Part shown: piece by piece, positions 44,602 through 53,683 of the stretch
How positions within the stretch are numbered: the stretch's first letter is position 1
How the letters are laid out: each line of letters opens with the position of its first letter
DNA from: Candidatus Omnitrophota bacterium
GTDB taxonomy: Bacteria; Omnitrophota; Gorgyraeia; Zapsychrales; Zapsychraceae
Assembly: GCA_020632515.1 (NCBI GenBank)
Contig: JACKFK010000008.1
Location: 72,171 to 136,170 of the forward strand
Length of the DNA stretch: 64,000 bases
Direction: 5' to 3'
Notes under the pieces: model-generated
Seen by the model: the letters and a program-made list of their open reading frames with translations, nothing else
The model's database searches: none
Told to the model about the DNA's origin: nothing
Position numbers and translations under genes: made by a program

Positions 44602-45489
44602 ATGAAGGAACATATCGAGGAGTTTTTAAACTATTTAGCGGTTGAGCGAAATTTGGCTGATAATACTTTGCTTGCTTACCGCCGCGATTTAAATAAATAT
44701 ATTGAGCTTCTAAATAAAGATGGTATTAAGACAGCTGATAGTATCCGCCGGGATCATGTAACGAATTTTATGTTTGATCAGAAGAAGAAAGGGCTTACCA
44801 CAAATTCGATTAATCGCGCTTTAGCTGCTATAAAAACATTTCATCGATTTTTGGTGCGGGAACGTTTGGCTAAAGAAGATCCGACTAATTTAATTGATAC
44901 GCCTAAGGTTTGGAAAAAAGTTCCGGATGTTTTAAGTGTGGTAGAGATTGAAGCAATGATTCAGGCGTCGTCTGGGCGCGGTTGGCAGGCTGTACGGGAT
45001 CGGGCCATTTTAGAAGTGTTTTATGCTAGTGGAATGCGGGTGTCGGAGCTATCCAATTTAAAGATTGAGAATGTGAATTTAGACGTTGGGTTTATCCGCT
45101 GTATAGGTAAAGGCCGGAAAGAACGGATTATTCCTATTGGCAAACGGGCGCGCGAGGCTTTGGCTCAATACTGCGCAGTTCCAAGGAAAAAGTTGAGTAG
45201 GAGCAATTTGGATCCACACGTTTTCTTAAGCCGTTTAGGAAAAAAAATCAGCCGGCAGAGTATTTGGAAGTTGATTAAACATTACGCGCGTAAGGCCAAT
45301 ATTAGGAAAGAAATTAAACCGCACACATTGCGGCATTCATTTGCCACGCACTTATTAGAACATGGGGCTGATTTGCGGTCTGTTCAGGAAATGTTAGGGC
45401 ATTCTGATATTTCAACCACGCAAATTTATACGCATGTGGATAGGGAGCGGTTAAAAATAGTTCATGAACAATTTCATCCACGGAGATAA
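44602..45489 (+). CDS. xerD: site-specific tyrosine recombinase XerD/XerC
   Basis: N-terminal SAM-like domain (FLNYLAVERNLADNTLLAYRRDL). Catalytic residues in context (GMRVSEL; HTLRHSFATHLLEHGADLRSVQEMLGHSDISTTQIYTHV). Confidence 0.85.
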   Translation: MKEHIEEFLNYLAVERNLADNTLLAYRRDLNKYIELLNKDGIKTADSIRRDHVTNFMFDQKKKGLTTNSINRALAAIKTFHRFLVRERLAKEDPTNLIDTPKVWKKVPDVLSVVEIEAMIQASSGRGWQAVRDRAILEVFYASGMRVSELSNLKIENVNLDVGFIRCIGKGRKERIIPIGKRAREALAQYCAVPRKKLSRSNLDPHVFLSRLGKKISRQSIWKLIKHYARKANIRKEIKPHTLRHSFATHLLEHGADLRSVQEMLGHSDISTTQIYTHVDRERLKIVHEQFHPRR

Positions 45490-45498
45490 ATTAAAAAT

Positions 45499-46830
45499 AT
45501 GTCAAGTTATTTAGATAAATGTGATAAGGGTTTTGTTATTTTAGCCAAGAAGATTGGCCATTTCGCCGATGAAAATGGGTATAAAGTTTATATTGTTGGC
45601 GGAGTTGTGCGAGATATTTTATTAGGTAAGAAAAATTTAGATTTAGATATCACGGTTGAAGGCGATTGTTTGACTTTTGCCAAAAAGATAGCGGTTCGGC
45701 TTAAAGCGCAGTTAAAAATCTATGAGCAGTTTCAAACCGCTACATTAACATTAAAGGATGGTGTGCGGATTGATTTAGCGATGACGCGTCAGGAAAAATA
45801 TGCGTCGGCCGCTGTCTTGCCAGAGGTAAGTCCAGGAAGCATTAATGATGATTTATTCCGCAGGGATTTTACAATTAATGCTATGGCAATTGTGATTAAT
45901 AAAGAACGGTTTGGCGAATTAATTGATTTGTATAAAGGATCTGAAGACTTAAATAATAAATGTATTCGGATACTTCATCCTCGGAGCTTTATTGATGACC
46001 CGACAAGAATTCTTCGCGCCGTGCGTTTTGAACAGCGTTTAGGTTTTCAGATTGAAGCCAAGACATTAAGATGTCTGAAAGATTCTATTAGAAAAAACTT
46101 AGATTTAAAAGTTAAGCCTCCCCGGCATTTTGCGGAATTCAAGAAATTCTTTCTTGAAGCGGACGTTTCTAAACATGTTGCGCGAATTAAAGAATTAAGG
46201 GGGGTGAGAGTTTTAGATTCAAGAGGAAATATTGATTTGGAAACTCTAAACGTCGTGGTGGAAAGAGTTAAGATAATACGGCAGAATAAGGATTATGATA
46301 AGGCGGGACGCTGGTGGCCTATTTATTTCTTTTCTTTATTGGAGAAGAAAAATACTCATCAATTGGAGAAACTTAGTAAAGAAGTTCAGTTGGATAATTT
46401 CTTGAGTTTAAGTTTGATGCAGATCCGGGAATGTCAAAGTGTTATTCGGCAATTAACGAATAAAGCAAAAAGAGATAGTGAAATTTATCAATTATTAAAA
46501 CCATTTACTGAGTTAGCATTGTTATATTTTTATGCGCGTACAGATAATGGATTGGCCATTAAACGGATTGATGATTTTGTTTCAATCTTTTCTCATATCA
46601 CATTGGATGTTAACGGTGATGATTTAAAGAACATGGGTTATCCGTCAACAGATGTTATTGGTCAGGCTTTAGAACTTTTACTGCTTAAAAAAATTGATAA
46701 GAAATTAGCAGCAAAAAAAGATGAACTTAAGGAAGCTCAAATATTGTTAAAACGGCGATTTAGCCGGAATATGGAGAATATGAATGGGACGAATCGATCG
46801 GGTGAATCAAGAAGTGAAGAAGGAAGTTAG
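45499..46830 (+). CDS. cca: CCA-adding enzyme / poly(A) polymerase-family tRNA nucleotidyltransferase
   Basis: Head domain GGVVRDILLGK..DLDI...RRDFTINAM and RILRAVRF. 443 aa. Confidence 0.75.
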   Translation: MSSYLDKCDKGFVILAKKIGHFADENGYKVYIVGGVVRDILLGKKNLDLDITVEGDCLTFAKKIAVRLKAQLKIYEQFQTATLTLKDGVRIDLAMTRQEKYASAAVLPEVSPGSINDDLFRRDFTINAMAIVINKERFGELIDLYKGSEDLNNKCIRILHPRSFIDDPTRILRAVRFEQRLGFQIEAKTLRCLKDSIRKNLDLKVKPPRHFAEFKKFFLEADVSKHVARIKELRGVRVLDSRGNIDLETLNVVVERVKIIRQNKDYDKAGRWWPIYFFSLLEKKNTHQLEKLSKEVQLDNFLSLSLMQIRECQSVIRQLTNKAKRDSEIYQLLKPFTELALLYFYARTDNGLAIKRIDDFVSIFSHITLDVNGDDLKNMGYPSTDVIGQALELLLLKKIDKKLAAKKDELKEAQILLKRRFSRNMENMNGTNRSGESRSEEGS

Positions 46831-47155
46831 CCGGGTTATTTTTCAAGAGTTAAGTGATCCGCGGCTTTCGCTAGTTACAATCACAAGTGTGGATGTGAGC
46901 CGTGATTTACGTAACGCGAAAATTAAATTTAGTGTGTTGGGAGAAGAAAAGCAAATACAGGCAGCGCAAAATGCGCTAAATTCGGCGAGAGGCTTGATTC
47001 GGAAATTTGTCGGCAAGAATGTCCGAATGCGTTACACGCCTGAAATTAACTTTGAATATGATCAGTCGCTAGCTTCCAGCGCGCGTATTGATCAGACCTT
47101 ACAGGAGATTGATGATGAACGTCAAGAAGATCATTCAGGCAATCAAGAAGAATAA
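46784..47155 (+). CDS. rbfA: ribosome-binding factor A
   Basis: RIDRVNQEVKKEVSRVI..LSDPRL..VTITSVDVSRDLRNAKI..MRYTPEINFEYD. Confidence 0.9.
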   Translation: MGRIDRVNQEVKKEVSRVIFQELSDPRLSLVTITSVDVSRDLRNAKIKFSVLGEEKQIQAAQNALNSARGLIRKFVGKNVRMRYTPEINFEYDQSLASSARIDQTLQEIDDERQEDHSGNQEE

Positions 47156-48074
47156 AACTTTCTTGATCTCGACGCATGTTGGTCCTGATCCAGACGCGTT
47201 GTGTTCAGAAATGGCTTTGGCGCTTTATTTAAAGGCTTTGGGAAAGAAGGTGATCATCGTTAATGAGGAAAGATCTCCGGAACGGTTTCATTTTCTTCCC
47301 GGGGTGAAACAAATGAAGGCTTATAGTAAAAGCATGAAGGTAAGTTATGATGCGGCGATTGTGGTAGATTGCGGGGATTTTAAAAGAATTGGAAAAGTAG
47401 CTGGTTTGATTGATCAAAATAAGCCTTTAATAAATATTGATCATCATGTGACGAATAACCGTTTTGGGCATTTTAATCTGGTTGATGTCAAATCTTCTTC
47501 GACGGCAGAAGTGTTGTTTGAATTGATTAAAGCAAGCGGCGTGGCTTTAACGAAAAGCATGGCTTTGCATCTTTATGCCGGGATTATGACTGATACAGGG
47601 TCTTTTCGTTATGAAAATACGACCGCGCGGACACATCGCATTGTGAGTGAACTTCGTCAATTTAATTTTTCTGCTTATGAATTGTATAGGGACATTTATG
47701 AACGGATCCCCTTGAATGATATAAAGCACTTTACAAAAGTCATCAGTTCTTTTGAGCGGTTATTTTCAGGGAAAGTGGTAAGAGTTGTTTTAAAGAAAAA
47801 TATTGTGTCTCGATTTTCGCAAGAATTTGATTTGCGTGATACAATATTTAAATTTTTAAGGACGATTAAGGGGATTGAAGTTATTGTTATTTTTACTGAA
47901 ATTGGATCTTCTAAAACACGGATTAATTTTCGTTCTTCAGGAAAAGTGGATGTGGCTAAGTTGGCGCATCGTTTTTCCGGAGGCGGACATCAACGCGCTA
48001 GTGGTTGTACATTGGATAAAAACGTTGAGAAGTCAAAACAGATTATAATGAAAGAAATGAAGGGGCTTGTGTAA
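47115..48074 (+). CDS. nrnA: DHH/DHHA1 phosphoesterase (NrnA-type oligoribonuclease/pAp phosphatase)
   Basis: ISTHVGPDPDALCS, DHH motif (NIDHHVTN), GIMTDTGSFRY, and DHHA1 GGGHQRASG. ATG 47115 lies 7 nt after AGGAG. Confidence 0.82.
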   Translation: MNVKKIIQAIKKNKTFLISTHVGPDPDALCSEMALALYLKALGKKVIIVNEERSPERFHFLPGVKQMKAYSKSMKVSYDAAIVVDCGDFKRIGKVAGLIDQNKPLINIDHHVTNNRFGHFNLVDVKSSSTAEVLFELIKASGVALTKSMALHLYAGIMTDTGSFRYENTTARTHRIVSELRQFNFSAYELYRDIYERIPLNDIKHFTKVISSFERLFSGKVVRVVLKKNIVSRFSQEFDLRDTIFKFLRTIKGIEVIVIFTEIGSSKTRINFRSSGKVDVAKLAHRFSGGGHQRASGCTLDKNVEKSKQIIMKEMKGLV

Positions 48075-48748
48075 TGGATGGAATTATTGTGGTTAATAAG
48101 CCGGATGGTTTAACATCGCACGATGTGGTTGCGAAAGTTCGTCGGAAATTTAACATGAAACGCGTAGGGCACGCTGGGACATTAGATCCGTTAGCGACTG
48201 GTGTGTTGGTTGTTTTATTAGGGAAATCAACAAAGTTGTTTGATGAGTTTGTGGGGTTTGATAAAGCTTATCGGGCCACGTTAATATTAGGGCGTAAAAC
48301 AACATCCGCGGATATTCAGGGAGAAACAATTAGTGAGAAATCTGTAGACCATATTTCTTCTGAGGAAATTAAGAAAGTGTTTAAACAGTTTGTAGGAGAA
48401 ATAGAGCAGGTTCCACCGATGGTTTCGGCTGTGAAAATGAAAGGAAAGAAGCTTTATCAATTAGCGCGAAAAGGTGTTGTTATTAATCGGCCGGCACGCA
48501 ACATTACTATTCGAAAGTTAGAAGTTAGATCAATTGAGATGCCGCAAGTGGAATTTTATGTGGAATGTTCCAAAGGAACTTATGTGCGGCAATTAGCCGA
48601 AGATATTGGCGAGGCATTAGGCTGCGGCGCGTGTATTTGTCAGATTGAACGGACCAAAGTGGGAGAATTTGAAATTAATGAAGCTGTCAAAATAGAAGAT
48701 ATCAATGAAAGTCATATACGGAATTGGCAAGGTAAAAAACGTTTTTAA
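48074..48748 (+). CDS. truB: tRNA pseudouridine(55) synthase
   Basis: GIIVVNKPDGLTSHDVV...VGHAGTLDPLATGVLVVLLG with the catalytic Asp. Start overlaps the nrnA stop (TAATG). Confidence 0.93.
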   Translation: MDGIIVVNKPDGLTSHDVVAKVRRKFNMKRVGHAGTLDPLATGVLVVLLGKSTKLFDEFVGFDKAYRATLILGRKTTSADIQGETISEKSVDHISSEEIKKVFKQFVGEIEQVPPMVSAVKMKGKKLYQLARKGVVINRPARNITIRKLEVRSIEMPQVEFYVECSKGTYVRQLAEDIGEALGCGACICQIERTKVGEFEINEAVKIEDINESHIRNWQGKKRF

Positions 48749-49631
48749 AAATGTTGTTTTGGCGATCGGTGTTTTTGATGGGTTGCATAAAGGGCATCAA
48801 GCATTGATTGCAAACGCTATTAAACGGGCGAAGGCAATTGGAGGGCAGGCTGTTATCATGACTTTTGCTCCTCATCCGGTTCATGTTTTGCATCCACACG
48901 TTCATCTGCCTTACATTATCTCTATACCATTACGATTACAATTTATTGCCGGTCTAGGAGCGGCGGGTTGTATTGTTATTAAATTTACGAAGAAATTTTC
49001 AAAATTGTCTCCACAAAGTTTTATTAAAAAGTATTTAGTGAATTCGATAGATCTTAAGGAGATTTTTGTTGGCGATGATTTTCGATTTGGGCAGAATCGT
49101 GACGGCTCGCTTGATTTTTTTAAAGAAGCAGGACGGAAGCATGGCTTTCGTGTCAATGTTCTTGATCAGATTAAAGGCCGGGGGAGAAAGATTAGCAGTA
49201 CGTTAATTCGTCAGTTAGTTGCCGAGGGTAAATTGTCGGATGTCCGGCGGTATTTGAACAGGCCGGTTACCATTTCCGGCGTTGTAGTCAAAGGTGAAGG
49301 CCGGGGCAAGAAGCTAGGTTTTCCAACAATTAATATTGATTATAACGATGTTGTTTTGCCGCCGACGGGAGTCTATGCTGTTTATGTGAATATAGGTTTA
49401 AAAAAATATCCGGCGATGGCGAATTTAGGTGTTAAGCCTTCTTTTACCGATAAGAATAAAAAAATTAATCTGGAAGCGCATATTTTTAATTTTACTAAAA
49501 GTCTTTATGGCAAGTTTGTCACTGTTGAGTTTATGAAAAGAATTCGCAATGAGCAAAAATTTTTATCAAAAGAAAAATTTATTGAACAATTAAAAAAGGA
49601 TGAGAAGCGCGCGCGGGCAATTTTAAAGTAA
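48705..49631 (+). CDS. ribF: bifunctional riboflavin kinase / FAD synthetase
   Basis: AIGVFDGLHKGHQ (FMN adenylyltransferase) and GRGKKLGFPTINI...EAHIFNF (riboflavin kinase). Confidence 0.93.
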   Translation: MKVIYGIGKVKNVFKNVVLAIGVFDGLHKGHQALIANAIKRAKAIGGQAVIMTFAPHPVHVLHPHVHLPYIISIPLRLQFIAGLGAAGCIVIKFTKKFSKLSPQSFIKKYLVNSIDLKEIFVGDDFRFGQNRDGSLDFFKEAGRKHGFRVNVLDQIKGRGRKISSTLIRQLVAEGKLSDVRRYLNRPVTISGVVVKGEGRGKKLGFPTINIDYNDVVLPPTGVYAVYVNIGLKKYPAMANLGVKPSFTDKNKKINLEAHIFNFTKSLYGKFVTVEFMKRIRNEQKFLSKEKFIEQLKKDEKRARAILK

Positions 49632-49660
49632 GTATTTCATAAAAATTTGTTATTTTAATC

Positions 49661-49702
49661 AAATCCCATGATTTTAATTTTTAAAATCATGGGATTTTTT
49701 TT
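49661..49702 (+). terminator. Rho-independent terminator after ribF
   Basis: ATCCCATGATTTT / AAAATCATGGGAT 13-bp stem with a 7-nt loop, followed by a run of T. Confidence 0.8.
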
Positions 49703-49874
49703 GCTTAGTTACAATTTTGCCTGATTGATTAGTGGAAAAAGATCAGTTTTAGTTATTGTGAGGCACTAAATATAGATAAATTTATGATTTTCACACCACA
49801 TATTGTGGAATTTGGAAAGTGTTTACAAACGCTTATATTTTAACAATATACAGAAAATTTTATCAATTAATTTA

Positions 49875-49903
49875 TTGACACTATTTATGAATCTATGTAT
49901 ACT
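49875..49903 (+). promoter_or_regulatory. dcw/mraZ promoter (TTGACA-17 nt-TATACT)
   Basis: Consensus TTGACA at 49875-49880, 17-nt spacer, TATACT at 49898-49903. Lies about 130 nt upstream of the mraZ ATG. Confidence 0.6.
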
Positions 49904-49913
49904 GTGAATCGTA

Positions 49914-49939
49914 GTGGAGGGAAGTGGAGTAATGTGGTT
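49914..49939 (+). promoter_or_regulatory. putative MraZ operator: three direct GTGG repeats at 10-bp spacing
   Basis: GTGGAG (49914-49919), GTGGAG (49924-49929) and GTGGTT (49934-49939), immediately downstream of the -10 element. Confidence 0.55.
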
Positions 49940-50030
49940 TATTGAATAACTCTTAATCCCGATATTCAGTTCATTTTTTCTTCAGATTAATTAAAAGTCT
50001 CAATAGTTTAATTTTATTTGGCCTATCAAT

Positions 50031-50468
50031 ATGTTCTATGGCGAATACAATCATGGCATTGACCGAAAAGGGCGGTTGATTCTGCCTGCGAAATTTCGTG
50101 ATGTTTGTAAAGATTGCGGGATTGAACGCTTTTTTATTACACGCGGTTTAGATAAATGTATTTTTATGTTTACTGAGGAGGAGTGGCGTTCTCAGGAACA
50201 AAAATTTAAGAATATGCCTTTTACAAAACAAGAAACGCGTAGTTTTAACCGGATGTTTTTTTCAGGTGCTGTTGATGTTATGCCAGACCGACAGGGACGA
50301 TTTATTGTTCCACAATATTTAAAAGATTATGCGAATATTAAAAAGGAAGCTGTGGTGATTGGCGTTGCGAATCGTATTGAAATCTGGGATAAGAAAACAT
50401 GGGAGACATTTTTTTCAAATTCAAGTGAGACTTTTGAACAGATTGCAGAAAATATGATGAATTTGTAG
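50031..50468 (+). CDS. mraZ: division/cell wall cluster transcriptional regulator MraZ
   Basis: Two SpoVT-AbrB repeats (DRKGRLILPAKFR ; DRQGRFIVPQYLK). 145 aa, first gene of the dcw cluster. Confidence 0.94.
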   Translation: MFYGEYNHGIDRKGRLILPAKFRDVCKDCGIERFFITRGLDKCIFMFTEEEWRSQEQKFKNMPFTKQETRSFNRMFFSGAVDVMPDRQGRFIVPQYLKDYANIKKEAVVIGVANRIEIWDKKTWETFFSNSSETFEQIAENMMNL

Positions 50469-50531
50469 ATGGATCTTGAATTTTGTTTTATGCTCTAAAG
50501 TTTCCAGGTTAAGTTAAATAAGGCGCAAAAT

Positions 50532-51467
50532 ATGATTGGTCAATTTAACGATAGAGTGGTCGAGCGAATGGAAGATATTTCGAATCAACACATATCAGTC
50601 ATGCCGCGAGAGGTGATTGCAGGACTTAATATTAAAAAAGATGGAATTTACGCTGACGGTACTTTGGGGTTAGGAGGGCATTCAAAATTAATCGCGAGTC
50701 AATTAGATGAAAAAGGTCGACTCATATGCGTTGATAAAGATTTAAATTCATTGGAGCGTGCTAAGGAAAATTTAAAGGATCATTTAAACAAATGCGTATT
50801 TATTAATGAAGATTTTCGTAATATGGATAAAGTGTTCGAAAAACTGAAGATTCATGAATTAGATGGGATATTGCTTGATTTAGGGATTTCGAGTTTTCAA
50901 TTAAATAATCCTGAGCGGGGATTTAGTTTAAGAATGCAGGGGCCGTTAGATATGCGGATGGACCAGTCTAATCAGATTTCAGCATATGATTTAATAAACT
51001 CTTTGTCAGAAAAAGAACTTTCGCAGATTTTCAAAGACTATGGTGAAGAACGCTGGCATCAACGAATTGCAAAAGGCGTTGTTCAGAACAGATCACGTAA
51101 ACCAATTGAAACAACGGATGAATTAACTGAAATTATTCTTCAATCATTACCTTACAAAAAAGCTAAAGACCGTATTCATCCGGCGACAAGAACGTTTCAG
51201 GCTTTACGCATCGCGGTCAATCGAGAATTGGAAGCGTTAGAAGTTGCCTTAGACAATGGAATTAAGGCGCTTAAAATGGGAGGACGGTTTGTTATCATCT
51301 CTTTTCACTCCCTGGAAGACAGAATTGTTAAACATCGTTTTAAAAAGTTAGCCAAGGTGGGCACAGTAAAACTAATTGTAAAAAAACCTTTGCGGCCTAG
51401 TGAAGATGAGATTAGAAATAATCCTCGTTCTCGCAGCGCTCGTCTAAGGATTGTAGAAAGAGTTTAA
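50532..51467 (+). CDS. rsmH: 16S rRNA (cytosine1402-N4)-methyltransferase
   Basis: HISVMPREV..YADGTLGLGGHS..DLGISSFQL..RGFS..GPLDMRMD..HPATRTFQALRIAVN..ISFHSLEDR. Confidence 0.95.
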   Translation: MIGQFNDRVVERMEDISNQHISVMPREVIAGLNIKKDGIYADGTLGLGGHSKLIASQLDEKGRLICVDKDLNSLERAKENLKDHLNKCVFINEDFRNMDKVFEKLKIHELDGILLDLGISSFQLNNPERGFSLRMQGPLDMRMDQSNQISAYDLINSLSEKELSQIFKDYGEERWHQRIAKGVVQNRSRKPIETTDELTEIILQSLPYKKAKDRIHPATRTFQALRIAVNRELEALEVALDNGIKALKMGGRFVIISFHSLEDRIVKHRFKKLAKVGTVKLIVKKPLRPSEDEIRNNPRSRSARLRIVERV

Positions 51468-51845
51468 ATGAAACTTATTAAATTTATTAAAATAATTTTC
51501 TTTATCACTTTTCTAGCTGTCGTATACACTTATTTACAAATGCAGATTATTGATTTTGCCTACCAGGAAAAAAGGAAAGAACAGCAGGTCCGCAAGTTGA
51601 TAGAAGTTAATGGTAATATTACTCACGCCATCCTTAACATGAAATCCGCTAGTAATATTGGAGGAAAAGTGTTAACGGAGGAATCCAAATTGCATTTTGT
51701 TGATCCCAATAATATTATTAAGATCATTACGCCCCGTGGAGTAGAGAAATTTAAAGAATCGCGGGCGCAAACACCAGAAATTAGAATGGGGAAGTGGCTG
51801 AGTTTTCTTCCCTTTGGCTCTGAAGCTGAAGCAAAACCGCGTTAA
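51468..51845 (+). CDS. ftsL: FtsL-like cell-division membrane protein
   Basis: 125 aa. A single N-terminal TM helix then a short coiled coil. Called mainly from its conserved position between rsmH and ftsI. Confidence 0.6.
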   Translation: MKLIKFIKIIFFITFLAVVYTYLQMQIIDFAYQEKRKEQQVRKLIEVNGNITHAILNMKSASNIGGKVLTEESKLHFVDPNNIIKIITPRGVEKFKESRAQTPEIRMGKWLSFLPFGSEAEAKPR

Positions 51846-51964
51846 GATAGTATAAACATTCACATTTTAAATTTATACTTTTTTGATTGTATAAATTAAA
51901 TGTTCATTAATTAATCTCAACCGTAACAGAAAACCTTTCTGTTACCCTACAACAATCATGTAAA

Positions 51965-53680
51965 GTGCAGATCAGGAAATACGGCCTCCGATTTATTGTA
52001 GTTTTTCTATCACTAATTATCTGCTTGTGTGTCTTTGCGGTTAAATTAGTGTTGATTCAGGTGTTTCGCGCCGATCATTTGGCCGCGCTTGCCGCCAAAC
52101 AGCATAATCATTCTATCGAGATTGAACCTATTCGAGGGACTATTTCTGATCGACGGCTCAAGCCGTTGGCATTAAATGTTACGGCGTACTCTCTGTATGC
52201 GAATCCGCGGATGATGAGTCAGGTTGATAAAGAGGAAGCTGTTAAAAATTTGTCTGTTATTCTGCATCTGGATCCGCAGTTTATCGAAAAACGTTTAGCC
52301 AAAGACCGATTTTTTGTCTGGATAAAAAGAAAATTGCCTGTGGAATTAGCCGATAGCATCGAAGAGTTAAATATTAATGGATTAGATTTTATTAAGGAAA
52401 GTAAACGATATTATCCTAATGGCAGTTTGGCCGCGCATTTAATTGGTTTTTCTGGAATTGATAATTCGGGGTTGGAGGGAATAGAACTTTATTACAATAG
52501 TTTTTTAAAAGGGGAATCTGGCTGGAGGCAGTTGTTGCGTGACGCTCGTCAGCGTGATTTGATGATTGAAAAGAAGTATATCTCTCCCCGTGATGGATAT
52601 AATATAGTTTTAACAATTGATGAAACAATTCAATATATCGCGGAGAGAGCTTTGGAAGCCGCTTTGCATAAGCACAACGCAAAAGCGGCCAGCATTATTG
52701 TCATGGACGTTAAGACGGGAGAAATATTAGCGTTAGCTAATCAACCTACATACGATTTAGATCATGTCGGACGAAGTAGTATAGAAAGTCGTACGAACCG
52801 AGCGATTAGTTTTGTGTATGAACCGGGTTCTGTATTTAAGATTGTAACTGCGGCTGCTGCTTTAGAAGAAGAAGCTTTCACGGAAGCTGATCAGATCTTC
52901 TGTGAAAATGGGGAATATCGGATTGCTAATCATACTTTACACGATCATCATCCACATGGAACGCTTACTTTTGCTGAGGTTTTTCAATATTCCAGTAATA
53001 TTGGAACATCAAAAATTGCTCAGAAATTAGGGCCGGATAAAATTTATGAATACGGTCAACGATTTCGATTTGGTATTAAGACAAATATTGATATACTAGG
53101 AGAAGTTAACGGATATTTAAAATCTCCAAAATTATGGTCGAAGACTTCAATTGGGGCAATCCCCATGGGGCAGGAAGTAACGGTGACGCCATTACAGTTA
53201 GTCGCGGCTATTGCTGCGATAGCGAATGGCGGCGTTTATATGCAGCCGTATGTTGTAAAATCAATTAAAGATATTCATAATGAAGTGATTAAAGCTTTTA
53301 ATCCAAAAGAGCTTGGACGGGTGATTAGCGAAGATACAGCTAAACGCGTGACAGATATCCTTGTCGGTGTTGTTGAGGAAGGAACGGGAAAAAGAGCGAA
53401 GATTGACGGGGTAAAGGTGGCTGGAAAGACAGGCACAGCGCAGAAAGTTGTAAATGGTACGTATTCTCATTCAGATTTTTATGCTACTTTTATGGGCTTT
53501 GCCCCGGCAGACAATCCTCGTATAGCGGCGGTGATTGTGTTTGATGAACCTCGCCCTAGTCATTTTGGTGGAACGGTCAGCGGACCGGTTTTTAAGGAAG
53601 TTGTTGAAAATACGTTGAAATATCTTGAATCCTCACAGGAAGAATATTTATTGCCACAATTAACTTTTAGAGCGCCGTAA
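51965..53680 (+). CDS. ftsI: peptidoglycan D,D-transpeptidase FtsI (class B PBP)
   Basis: TM anchor, PBP dimerisation domain, and transpeptidase motifs SVFK, SSN and KTGT. GTG start with no obvious SD. Confidence 0.92.
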   Translation: MQIRKYGLRFIVVFLSLIICLCVFAVKLVLIQVFRADHLAALAAKQHNHSIEIEPIRGTISDRRLKPLALNVTAYSLYANPRMMSQVDKEEAVKNLSVILHLDPQFIEKRLAKDRFFVWIKRKLPVELADSIEELNINGLDFIKESKRYYPNGSLAAHLIGFSGIDNSGLEGIELYYNSFLKGESGWRQLLRDARQRDLMIEKKYISPRDGYNIVLTIDETIQYIAERALEAALHKHNAKAASIIVMDVKTGEILALANQPTYDLDHVGRSSIESRTNRAISFVYEPGSVFKIVTAAAALEEEAFTEADQIFCENGEYRIANHTLHDHHPHGTLTFAEVFQYSSNIGTSKIAQKLGPDKIYEYGQRFRFGIKTNIDILGEVNGYLKSPKLWSKTSIGAIPMGQEVTVTPLQLVAAIAAIANGGVYMQPYVVKSIKDIHNEVIKAFNPKELGRVISEDTAKRVTDILVGVVEEGTGKRAKIDGVKVAGKTGTAQKVVNGTYSHSDFYATFMGFAPADNPRIAAVIVFDEPRPSHFGGTVSGPVFKEVVENTLKYLESSQEEYLLPQLTFRAP

Positions 53681-53683
53681 TTT

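Noticed and set aside
44602-45489. Tyrosine recombinase as a marker of a mobile element
   Set aside because: The sequence and length fit housekeeping XerC/XerD. It is flanked by ligA and cca with no att-like repeats or cargo genes.
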